43,607 bases of DNA from Candidatus Zhuqueibacterota bacterium (GTDB taxonomy: Bacteria; BS750m-G25): NCBI GenBank assembly GCA_016783505.1, contig JADHWK010000017.1, forward strand, positions 1-43,607. Direction: 5' to 3'. Below, in pieces: positions 27,068 through 37,002 of this stretch (position 1 is the stretch's first letter; each line of letters opens with the position of its first letter). The notes under the pieces were generated by a model, which had not been told where the DNA came from, did no database searches, and saw nothing but the letters and a program-made list of their open reading frames with translations. Made by a program: the position numbers and the translations under genes.

Positions 27068-27068
<1 letters not shown>
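26718..27068 (-). CDS. minimal nucleotidyltransferase (MNT) antitoxin of an MNT/HEPN toxin-antitoxin pair
   Basis: 116 aa with the pol-beta-like NTase motif LFGSYAKGDYRESSDLDL. Its start overlaps the ligA stop (TAATG) and its stop overlaps the HEPN gene start. Confidence 0.7.
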
Positions 27069-29128
<2,060 letters not shown>

Positions 29129-29175
29129 CTAATTTAACACATATTTTGGTAAAAATCAATCATTTTTTATCAATT

Positions 29176-29205
29176 TTGCAAAAAACCCAATGCATAGGCA
29201 TTGGG
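29176..29205 (-). terminator. Intrinsic terminator downstream of the NlpC/P60 gene
   Basis: On the minus strand the hairpin CCCAATGC-ctat-GCATTGGG is followed by TTTTTTGC. A second strong hairpin (ACCCACCCCGAG-tac-CTCGGGGTGGGT) lies at 29234-29260. Confidence 0.5.
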
Positions 29206-29376
29206 GTCTTCTTATATAATGGTAGGAAGGAAACCCACCCCGAGTACTCGGGGTGGGTACCAAATATAAAAGAACATATGCAACCGATTCATCGGTTTTC
29301 TATCAGGCGCCCGACTGATTCATGGGCTGCTAAAAGGTAAAATTCCGATCCGGGTAAAATTATCCGTTATTACATT

Positions 29377-29961
29377 TTAGCGCAATCGAGCAATCCTCCG
29401 GATCCCAACAAATCTCTTTTGAAAATAGTCATCCTTAAAATAGGCTAAGATAACCCCCTCGGCGGTGCTGGCGTGGACGAACAGGCCCTTGCCGTAATAG
29501 ATACCCACATGGTCCAACCCGCTGCCGTCCATTTCGAAGAATAACAAATCCCCGAATTTCAGCTCTCCTTTGGAGATCACTGTCCCCAGACGGTATTGTT
29601 GCTTGGAGGTACGGGGTAGGTCAATTCCCACCGCCTCCCGGAAGACGGTCTTCACCAGCCCCGAGCAGTCCATCCCCGCCCGGCTCTCCCCGCCCAACTG
29701 ATAAGGAGTCCCCAGATAATAGCGAATCCGCCTGTCCAGTTTCTGTCGAAATTCAGAGAAATCTATAGCTACTAACGGACTACTACTATCTGGAGTCCGG
29801 GCAACAGCAGGCTTCTGTGCACTGCTTGGGGGTGATCTAAATTTAGGGGCCGGTTTCAGCCCCAAGCATCCGGTCCCCAAGATCGTTCCAATCCCCAAGA
29901 TCGCTCCGACCGACCAGATGACAGCGGCAGGGAAGAAAAAGCTTTTTATCCCAGCGCGCAT
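29377..29961 (-). CDS. NlpC/P60 family cell-wall peptidase (lipoprotein)
   Basis: 194 aa with a signal peptide and lipobox-like LGTGC. The catalytic Cys is in GMDCSGLV and the His downstream is in LDHVGIYYG. Confidence 0.8.
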   Translation of the reverse strand: MRAGIKSFFFPAAVIWSVGAILGIGTILGTGCLGLKPAPKFRSPPSSAQKPAVARTPDSSSPLVAIDFSEFRQKLDRRIRYYLGTPYQLGGESRAGMDCSGLVKTVFREAVGIDLPRTSKQQYRLGTVISKGELKFGDLLFFEMDGSGLDHVGIYYGKGLFVHASTAEGVILAYFKDDYFQKRFVGIRRIARLR

Positions 29962-29968
29962 CGGGATC

Positions 29969-30733
29969 TTATTTTTTCTCAGGGGATGCCAGCTTCAGGT
30001 CCAGAAAAGGCTTGAACAGGTCAATGGGAACGGGAAATGCGATAGTAGAATTATTCTCAGCCCCCACTTCGGTCAGGGTCTGCAGGTACCGTAGTTGCAG
30101 GGCAATCGGATGTTCAGCGATGATACCCGCCGCTTCCGCCAGTTTAGCGGACGCCTGAAATTCACCATCGGCGTGGATGACCTTGGCCCTCCGCTCCCGT
30201 TCGGCCTCGGCCTGCTTGGCCATGGCCCGCTTCATTTCCTCGGGCAGGTCCACGTGCTTTACCTCGACGTTGGAGACCTTGATCCCCCAGGGGTCGGTTT
30301 GCCTGTCAATGATCTCCTGGAGCTGTTTGTTGATCTTCTCCCGGGCGCTTAAGAGTTCGTCCAACTCCGCCTGGCCCAGGATACTCCGCAGGGTGGTCTG
30401 GGCCAACTGAGAGGTGGCGTAGAGGTAGCGCTCCACCTCCACCACCGCCCTGCTGGGGTTGATCACCCGGAAGTAGAGCACCGCGTTCACCTTCATCGAG
30501 ACGTTGTCCCTGGTGATGATGTCCTGGGGTGGCACGTCCAGCACCACCGTCCGCAGGCTAACCCTCACCATGCGATCAACGATGGGGATGAGCAGAAAGA
30601 TCCCCGGCCCCTTGGCCCCGACCAACCTTCCCAACCGGAAGATCACCCCCCGCTCATACTCCCTACACACCCGCACGGCGCTGGCCAAAAGCAGCACCAG
30701 CAGGACAATAATGGTGACTAATCCTAACGGCAT
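29969..30733 (-). CDS. SPFH/band-7 (stomatin-like, slipin) protein
   Basis: 254 aa with an N-terminal TM helix and the SPFH domain ([14 protein letters not shown]... [25 protein letters not shown]), followed by a C-terminal coiled coil with the [10 protein letters not shown] motif. Confidence 0.85.
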   Translation of the reverse strand: MPLGLVTIIVLLVLLLASAVRVCREYERGVIFRLGRLVGAKGPGIFLLIPIVDRMVRVSLRTVVLDVPPQDIITRDNVSMKVNAVLYFRVINPSRAVVEVERYLYATSQLAQTTLRSILGQAELDELLSAREKINKQLQEIIDRQTDPWGIKVSNVEVKHVDLPEEMKRAMAKQAEAERERRAKVIHADGEFQASAKLAEAAGIIAEHPIALQLRYLQTLTEVGAENNSTIAFPVPIDLFKPFLDLKLASPEKK

Positions 30734-30929
30734 ATTTCCATCCTCCTTTTAAATGATATTTCTCTTTTCTCGGTCTTTAATAGTGTTCATTATATTTGAA
30801 TATACAAAGTATAATCAAAACTTGTTTGACTAATGTCAAAGATGTGACCCCTTATCGACTAACATGTTGTTATATCGCACTTTATCGCTTTCCCTTGAGA
30901 ATTTAAGATATGGCTTTCCTCCGGATTCA

Positions 30930-32054
30930 TCAGCTTTTCCATTTCACATTTACAAAAGTACCCCAGATACCGAAGAACACAAGATATGGAATATGTAATA
31001 GTGCAGATATGGGGAAATATGACATTAATTTACTTTCTTTTAAAAGTAATGACGTTTGATAAAGTAGAAAAAATTCTGAGACTGTCTTAATAGCGAATGA
31101 GATTATTGGTATTGTTGAAAAACCTAGTCCTAAGATAAAAGATGGTACTGTAATCAACAGGAGTAAATTATAAAAGAATACCGCTGATAGTGCAGCAGTC
31201 ATGGGAAGTGAATAATGCAATCCTTTGGATGCCCATCGCATTCGTTGCCTTAGAATTTGGATTAGAGTAAACGGTGGTACAGTATTGACAAATGACCCTT
31301 CTGATGAGGCAAACCGGAATTTCCAATGTGTTCTATCACGGATAAGCATCATCAATAAGTCGTCATCACCCGAGTCGAATTGTTTGATTTCAGAAAATCC
31401 GCCTACTTCATCAAAAGCCTTGCGGCGATAAGCAAGATTTCGTCCTGCACACAGGATGGGATAGCCACCACCAATTCCACCGGCACCAGCAGAGATGATT
31501 GATAGGTTGTCAAATTGTATCAGTCTATTAATAAATCCATTTCCTTCAATAGGAGAGTAACCAGCTACAAATCCTACATTGCTATCGAAGTATTTTACCA
31601 TTTCAGCTATCCAATACTGTGAGGGGAAGCAATCGGCATCTGTTGTGCATATGATTTCTCCTTTCGATATAGAAATTCCACGAGTAAGTGCATATTTTTT
31701 AGGTGATATCATGTAATCGTCCGGAACATCTTCAATTTCAATCAGATGCAAATTTGGATGGGTTGTCAAATATGATTTAACAATTTCACCCGTTTTATCT
31801 TCTGAGCGATCATTAACGATAATTACTTCATAAAGTTCCTTTGGATAGTTCTGATTGATAAGTGCCTTAATACATTCCTTTATTGTTTTTTCCTCGTTCC
31901 TTGCCGCGACAATTATTGAGATAAAAGGTTTATCTTTATTTAGTTTGTGTTGTGATTTTACTCTTCTGAGATAGTAAACACCAAAATTCAGCCACAAAAC
32001 AACAAGAAAGTAAAAACCTGTCAATCCAAAGAGTATTATCTCAATGACATCCAT
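30930..32054 (-). CDS. membrane-embedded processive GT2 glycosyltransferase (NodC/PgaC/cellulose-synthase-like)
   Basis: 374 aa. N-terminal TM helix, GT-A domain (IIVAARNEEKTI, DADC) and the processive-GT signature QRMRWA (QxxRW), followed by several C-terminal TM helices. Confidence 0.75.
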   Translation of the reverse strand: MDVIEIILFGLTGFYFLVVLWLNFGVYYLRRVKSQHKLNKDKPFISIIVAARNEEKTIKECIKALINQNYPKELYEVIIVNDRSEDKTGEIVKSYLTTHPNLHLIEIEDVPDDYMISPKKYALTRGISISKGEIICTTDADCFPSQYWIAEMVKYFDSNVGFVAGYSPIEGNGFINRLIQFDNLSIISAGAGGIGGGYPILCAGRNLAYRRKAFDEVGGFSEIKQFDSGDDDLLMMLIRDRTHWKFRFASSEGSFVNTVPPFTLIQILRQRMRWASKGLHYSLPMTAALSAVFFYNLLLLITVPSFILGLGFSTIPIISFAIKTVSEFFLLYQTSLLLKESKLMSYFPISALLHIPYLVFFGIWGTFVNVKWKS

Positions 32055-32068
32055 ATAACCTTTTTATA

Positions 32069-33238
32069 CTAAAATCCCATTAGACCACAACATCGAGAAC
32101 ATATCGGTAACAGCCCTTTTTCTTTGAGCGTATTTCGGAAGAGCTGGTAGCGTTCATTATTCCAAATATCGAGAATGCTGCCTTTGGTAATATTTCCCGT
32201 AATATAATCAGAATAATCTCTACAAGTTACTACATCACCGTTTGGCATTATCTCACAAATCAACCAGGGTGCAACGCATTGTTTATAGCTAAACTTTTCT
32301 GATGCGTCTTGGTAATATTTGGGAATTTGTTCGGTTTTCAAGTCGGGCAGAAAGATGTATTGAAATTTCCATTTTTTGGATTTAATTCTTTGAACGTTTT
32401 CTTGAATGGCTTTTGTGTCAATCTTATCAATTGGAAGCAAGTATCCTGTCCATGATGTTGGTGTTATACCGAAATGTTCTTGCATAATTTCCACATATTG
32501 TTTGCCGATTTCTTGATTTGTAAACCACGAATAATAACATACTACTGCATCTGCGCCTACATCTTCAATAATTTTAAATAGATTATATAATTCATAGTTA
32601 TTACGATCTGAAATAGTAATTAAAAAGACTAAGTAAGGCAATGAACTATCATGCTTCAGTTTATATTCATGAACTTGTCTAACGCCATCCATTAGATGTT
32701 GGTAACTTTTGTTCCATCCACGAATTTTATTATGTACTTCTTCAGGACCATCGAGGGACATTAGTAACCCATCCAACTTCATTCGCACCAGTTCTTCTGC
32801 ATTTTTTACTAATCCAATACCATTTGTAACGATTGTAGTTGTTAGCTGCATTTCTTTTAGATACCATAATACATCCATAATTGAATGATACAAAAATGGT
32901 TCGCCACCCCATATATAGAAAATTGGATTGAAAGGTTTAATGTCATCAATCAAGTTTTCATAAACTTTGAAAGGTAATTCGACATTGATAACTTCGCCGG
33001 GTTTAGCAAAGTTATAACCTTTCTCACCCCATTGAGCACACATTTTACAGCTAAGATTACATTTGTTGGTAATCTTAAGGCTTAATTGACGGAATGGCGC
33101 ACTTCTACCTTTTTTGAAATAGTAATCATAATTTACCGTTAGATGTTTCCGTAAAAGTGAGGAAAAAACCTGCATTATAAGATGCGGCTGTTGTGTCAAA
33201 AGTCGTTTTAAAACAGTAAATGGGACATTACTATGCAT
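32069..33238 (-). CDS. radical SAM enzyme with C-terminal SPASM/twitch domain
   Basis: 389 aa with CNLSCKMC (CxxxCxxC). The C-terminal region has additional Cys clusters (CVAPWLICEIMPNGDVVTCRDY...GNI...ILDIWN...CSRCCGLMGF) matching the SPASM pattern. Confidence 0.75.
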   Translation of the reverse strand: MHSNVPFTVLKRLLTQQPHLIMQVFSSLLRKHLTVNYDYYFKKGRSAPFRQLSLKITNKCNLSCKMCAQWGEKGYNFAKPGEVINVELPFKVYENLIDDIKPFNPIFYIWGGEPFLYHSIMDVLWYLKEMQLTTTIVTNGIGLVKNAEELVRMKLDGLLMSLDGPEEVHNKIRGWNKSYQHLMDGVRQVHEYKLKHDSSLPYLVFLITISDRNNYELYNLFKIIEDVGADAVVCYYSWFTNQEIGKQYVEIMQEHFGITPTSWTGYLLPIDKIDTKAIQENVQRIKSKKWKFQYIFLPDLKTEQIPKYYQDASEKFSYKQCVAPWLICEIMPNGDVVTCRDYSDYITGNITKGSILDIWNNERYQLFRNTLKEKGLLPICSRCCGLMGF

Positions 33239-33244
33239 GGTTTT

Positions 33245-33640
33245 TTTCTTGATTGAATTTTAAAGTATTACCTTTCCTTAAGCAATTCCATTTTAAGGAT
33301 CATCCGATCCATGCCTACCACCTTTATTTTTGTTCCCGCCTTGATCTTAATGCATTACCTTCAATAATTTTTCCCCTCGTTTTTCAATTATATCCTTTTT
33401 TGACCCCTCAACCAATTCTTTGACAGCTTCTGTTCGCAGTAGTTTTTTAACATTAAAATTCTTTGGTATTTTAAGCTGATGCCTAAAACAGTTTGCAGGG
33501 TGGTTATTGAGAAAAGCCGCTACATTAATAGTGGTATCATCATACAGCACCCGTATTTCATAGTCTTTTCCTTCAAATGTCATTGGAATTTTTTTAAATA
33601 GGTCCATAATCATCCCCGTTCATCATTTTTGAAAAAACCT
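33245..33640. repeat. Segmental duplicate unit 1 (diverged nfeD 3'-end fragment plus 88-aa gene plus about 30 nt upstream)
   Basis: Aligned by eye to 34740-35215, at about 95% identity across the small gene and its upstream leader (atccccgttcNtcatttttgaaaaaacctaacg). The copies diverge beyond that leader. Confidence 0.6.
33347..33613 (-). CDS. hypothetical 88-aa protein, paralogue of the ORF at 34905-35165
   Basis: About 90% identical at protein and DNA level to the 86-aa ORF at 34905-35165, including about 60 nt of upstream sequence. It is first in an apparent operon with the radical SAM and GT2 genes. No recognisable motif. Confidence 0.5.
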   Translation of the reverse strand: MIMDLFKKIPMTFEGKDYEIRVLYDDTTINVAAFLNNHPANCFRHQLKIPKNFNVKKLLRTEAVKELVEGSKKDIIEKRGEKLLKVMH

Positions 33641-33777
33641 AACGCCTGAGCTCACCTGCCCCGAGACTTCAGGGTCAGGTGACAACGACTTGCTATACAT
33701 ATAGCTCTACCCTGCAATTGTCTTCGTAAAAATAGGAAGTATTGGAAGTTAGACCCTCTACTTGATCTCCTATTTGC

Positions 33778-34179
33778 CTATATTTCCAATATGCACTCTT
33801 TAAAGTCTATTTTTAGTTTAAGTTCAACCAACGATTTCAATCCAAGCAATCCGTCTACATAGCTTTTGGGTGGAAGATCATGGACAACAACCCCAGTCCC
33901 TTCTATCTTTTTACCCAAAACAACCATAGACTTCAGGGTGACCAAAGGTGCTTTTTCCACTCCACTGGCAGTAATTATCTCTATTCTCTCTTTGGATAAC
34001 TCTGGCTCTAACCCTAAAATATCAGCGGTGTTCCATGGAATCATAGAAAAGGTTGCCCCTGTATCAAGAGCCATCCTTATCTTTTGCTTAGAGTTACTGC
34101 TACCCTCCAATAGGACACTTAATATGATTACTGGTGCTTTGGTGTTAAATCTAAACTTTGACATAAAATGCAACCGCAT
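33778..34179 (-). CDS. retropepsin-like (clan AA) aspartic protease
   Basis: 133 aa with the ALDTGAT catalytic motif (D-T/S-G-A) and a hydrophobic-hydrophobic-G motif downstream. It has an N-terminal hydrophobic segment. Confidence 0.6.
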   Translation of the reverse strand: MRLHFMSKFRFNTKAPVIILSVLLEGSSNSKQKIRMALDTGATFSMIPWNTADILGLEPELSKERIEIITASGVEKAPLVTLKSMVVLGKKIEGTGVVVHDLPPKSYVDGLLGLKSLVELKLKIDFKECILEI

Positions 34180-34471
34180 AACCCTTTTGGGGAATCTTTC
34201 CTGTATAGAAATGGTAGGTATATTTACCTTTCGCCTGTTTCATTGCCCCATAGGTATCATCCCTATTTTTAGAATGGGCTATCATCTTCACTTCTGTTGG
34301 TTCTCCCAATTTATCCTCTTTTAATACCTCAACCAATACCCATTCATTCTTGTATTTTTCTTCTACCTCTTTAACCTTCATTTCTACACCCCTATTTGTT
34401 TTGCGATATTTAGTGTCAAACCTAAAAGACGAAAAGTAGAATATAATTCTGCTTTCGAAATCTAACCCCAA
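34151..34471 (-). CDS. hypothetical small protein upstream of, and overlapping, the retropepsin-like gene
   Basis: 106-aa ORF. The likely true start is the internal Met at about 34381 (MKVKEVEEKYKNEWVLVEV...). No recognisable motif. It overlaps the protease gene start. Confidence 0.3.
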   Translation of the reverse strand: MGLDFESRIIFYFSSFRFDTKYRKTNRGVEMKVKEVEEKYKNEWVLVEVLKEDKLGEPTEVKMIAHSKNRDDTYGAMKQAKGKYTYHFYTGKIPQKGYAVAFYVKV

Positions 34472-34490
34472 TTGCCCATTGAATACTGTA

Positions 34491-34692
34491 TTATCTAACA
34501 GTCTGGATTAACCCTATATCTCTTCTGAGCCAGTCGTTCACTATCGTCTCAATGTCCGTATCTTTTTCCCCAGCAAGGTTACGGATGAAATCAGCTATCT
34601 TTGGCTCCAGATAAACAGGGAAATTTAATTCGGCATCAGGATGATAAAACTTGCCACGCTCACCCTTGTAAAAAATCGTATTCTTTCTTCAT
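34491..34692 (-). pseudogene. BrnA-like (CopG/RHH-type) antitoxin remnant with a frameshift in a T6 homopolymer
   Basis: ATG AAG AAA GAA TAC GAT TTT TTA CAA GGG TGA gives MKKEYDFLQG*. Removing one T yields MKKEYDFYKGERGKFYHPDAELNFPVYLEPKIADFIRNLAGEKDTDIETIVNDWLRRDIGLIQTVR, which resembles the EYDFSKGKRG...DWFK family of BrnA-type antitoxins. No partner toxin is evident. Confidence 0.4.
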
Positions 34693-34739
34693 AAGTTTCA
34701 CCAGCAATACCCCCCAATTCCGTGAAAAATGTTAATACC

Positions 34740-35215
34740 CAATTTTTGAGTTCAAGATCTTTAAAATAGCATACCTAACTAAACCGTAAAATTTGGGTAA
34801 TTTCCAATATTTTTTTATCCTACAATCAACTTTCCCTAAACCGTTCCACCTTAAGGATCATCCGATCTACGCCGATCACCTTAACTCTTGTTCTCGCCTT
34901 GATCTTAGTGCATTACCTTCAATAATTTTTCCCCTCGTTTTTCAATTATATCGTTTTTTGACACATCAATTAATTCTTTGACGGCGTCTGTTCGCAGTAG
35001 TCTTTTAACATTAAAATTCTTTGGTATTTTAAGCTGATGCCTAAAACAGTTTGCAGGGTGGTTATTGAGAAAAGCCGCTACATTAATAGTGGTATCATCA
35101 TACAGCACCCGTATTTCATAGTCTTTCTCTTCAAATGTCATTGGAATTTTTTTTAATAGTCTCATAATTATCCCCGTTCCTCATTTTTGAAAAAACCTAA
35201 CGAAAAGCTAAGCTG
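34740..35215. repeat. Segmental duplicate unit 2 (~100-nt nfeD downstream flank plus ~75-nt nfeD 3'-end plus 86-aa gene plus leader)
   Basis: 34740-34904 matches 41530-41700 (the nfeD tail and its downstream flank). 34905-35215 matches 33347-33640. Confidence 0.6.
34905..35165 (-). CDS. hypothetical 86-aa protein, paralogue of the ORF at 33347-33613
   Basis: Near-identical to the 88-aa ORF. Like that ORF, it directly abuts an nfeD 3'-end fragment on its 3' side. Confidence 0.5.
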   Translation of the reverse strand: MRLLKKIPMTFEEKDYEIRVLYDDTTINVAAFLNNHPANCFRHQLKIPKNFNVKRLLRTDAVKELIDVSKNDIIEKRGEKLLKVMH

Positions 35216-35310
35216 TTGGAGCCCGCGAAAAACGGGTTTGAATCAGTTTGAGTGATAGGTTAAGATTTTATTTTGTGCTCAAATCCAATACTTTGGACCT
35301 AAACCCATCT

Positions 35311-35757
35311 TCATTTTAAGGGGTTGAGGTTGGCGTGGGCAATCCACTGCCAACCGCTGTCTGTCTTCAAAAAGACACTAAGCCTCGGGGCTGGCTTGGT
35401 TGACAGTCGTTTGCCCTCGATCGTCTCCTCCACTGAAACAAAGTAAGTTGCGATGATGACGGGGCCATTTTGAGTCACTTCAAAATTACTCAGAGTATAT
35501 TCGCCAATGTTCAGTCCCCTAAGTAATTCTATCTGTTGCTCCCGATTACGTGCGCCGTCCTCATGCACTGATTGAAAGCCTGGGGCGATCTTCTTTTCAA
35601 GCGCCGCCAAATTCCGCGCTTTCATATCAGCCCACAACTGACGCACCAATTTCTCGCCCAGGGTAGGTTCAGGGGCGGACTGCTCAGCGGTCAGGCGAAC
35701 TTGGCTGACAAACAGAAAGGCGAAGGCAAGCAATAATACTGATTTTAATGTATTCAT
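35311..35757 (-). CDS. secreted NTF2-like/SnoaL-like (DUF4440-like) protein
   Basis: 148 aa with a signal peptide (LLLAFAFLFVSQVRLTA). The length and hydrophobic pattern are compatible with an NTF2-like fold. This call is weak. Confidence 0.4.
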   Translation of the reverse strand: MNTLKSVLLLAFAFLFVSQVRLTAEQSAPEPTLGEKLVRQLWADMKARNLAALEKKIAPGFQSVHEDGARNREQQIELLRGLNIGEYTLSNFEVTQNGPVIIATYFVSVEETIEGKRLSTKPAPRLSVFLKTDSGWQWIAHANLNPLK

Positions 35758-35803
35758 CTTTCCCTCCTTTCTACGATTAACCTAAATTCCAAATGTGCAT
35801 CTA

Positions 35804-35865
35804 CCACGAAAATTCCGCAGTTCCTATTAATAGTAAGCGATCTAAAAAGCCCAGAAGCTACCCAC
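35804..35865. repeat. Conserved ~65-nt upstream element, copy 1 (shared with 38867-38935)
   Basis: tccgcagttcct...cgatctaaaaaScccagaagctacccacgcRcctaacg occurs upstream of two unrelated minus-strand genes. It contains a GGAACT element. Confidence 0.4.
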
Positions 35866-36041
35866 GCACCTAACGGATTGCTGTTCAGCGGTGCAAGGAC
35901 TACGGCACACTGAACTTCATATTTAAAAAATGACTTTATGCGATGCAACAAACGCAACTAATTCTAAACATTGCCCTTGCATACGTTGTAACCGCTGGTT
36001 AGACATGATCTATTATGACAAAATTAGAAATAAATCATAAA

Positions 36042-36890
36042 TTATTTTTCACTCAATAATAGTTCAGGTAATTCCCAAGATTTTCTATACTCGATAAAGA
36101 GTTGTTTTGTAAATTGTACTAAAATTGGATTTTTCAATGCGTCCAACCAATAAATAATATCTTTCATAGCTGAAGGAGCCATAGCTGTACAACCAGAGGT
36201 TGAATCTGTAGGACTAGACCAATTATGTAAGAAAATGCATGATCCAGCGCCTTTCTTACTGGGATTTTTATTATGATCAACCACAACACCCAACTCATAC
36301 CATATATCTGACAGACGCATTTTTTCAGACGAATGCCAATCAACGTTTTCAACTTCATTTCGGAGGACAATTAAATTATAGTACCTTGAATTCACGTCAT
36401 CCACACATTCCAGCATTTCGGTAACGTGAATATAAGGGATTTTTATACTATACATTTTTTCTACTGGAGAATAGGCAAATGCAGAACTCAACGTGAAAAC
36501 TCCTGCTGGACTTCTTCCATCTCCTTCTCTTTTAATTGGAATGTTTGTAGTATCTAATCTGTGCAATCCTATTCCCCAACCAAGTCCATTTTTCCCTATA
36601 ATAACATGTATTTTATCAACCAACTTATTCCAATCAGTTTCAGCATTATCGCGCTCAAAACGAAATAGAATCCCATTAGATTTCTTAAATGATTCAATTA
36701 TAACTAAAATCATCTGGCGACTAGATGAAGGGATTGGCGAAGTATTTTTAATTTGAGCAAAACAGAGTGAATTATTTAGAAGTGTAATAATAAGATAAAA
36801 TGAAAATTTCTTGGTTGCAGAAAAAGACATTTTTCTATTCTTCTTTAATAGGTCTAACGTTAAAATAAGCTGCTGGAACATACGGCGCAC
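36042..36890 (-). CDS. putative L,D-transpeptidase-like (YkuD) domain protein
   Basis: 282 aa. It has an internal signal peptide and a C-terminal region with His and Cys in an arrangement resembling the YkuD H...SxGCxxM motif (FLHNWSSPTDSTSGCTAM). Confidence 0.4.
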   Translation of the reverse strand: MRRMFQQLILTLDLLKKNRKMSFSATKKFSFYLIITLLNNSLCFAQIKNTSPIPSSSRQMILVIIESFKKSNGILFRFERDNAETDWNKLVDKIHVIIGKNGLGWGIGLHRLDTTNIPIKREGDGRSPAGVFTLSSAFAYSPVEKMYSIKIPYIHVTEMLECVDDVNSRYYNLIVLRNEVENVDWHSSEKMRLSDIWYELGVVVDHNKNPSKKGAGSCIFLHNWSSPTDSTSGCTAMAPSAMKDIIYWLDALKNPILVQFTKQLFIEYRKSWELPELLLSEK

Positions 36891-37002
36891 TGTATTTCAA
36901 TATTTTAAAAAACGTTTTGCGTGCACTGAAAATACAAATTCGCACATCGCTGTTCCAGACAGCTTAATTTTGATTGTTATAAGGTATTTACCACAAAATA
37001 TA

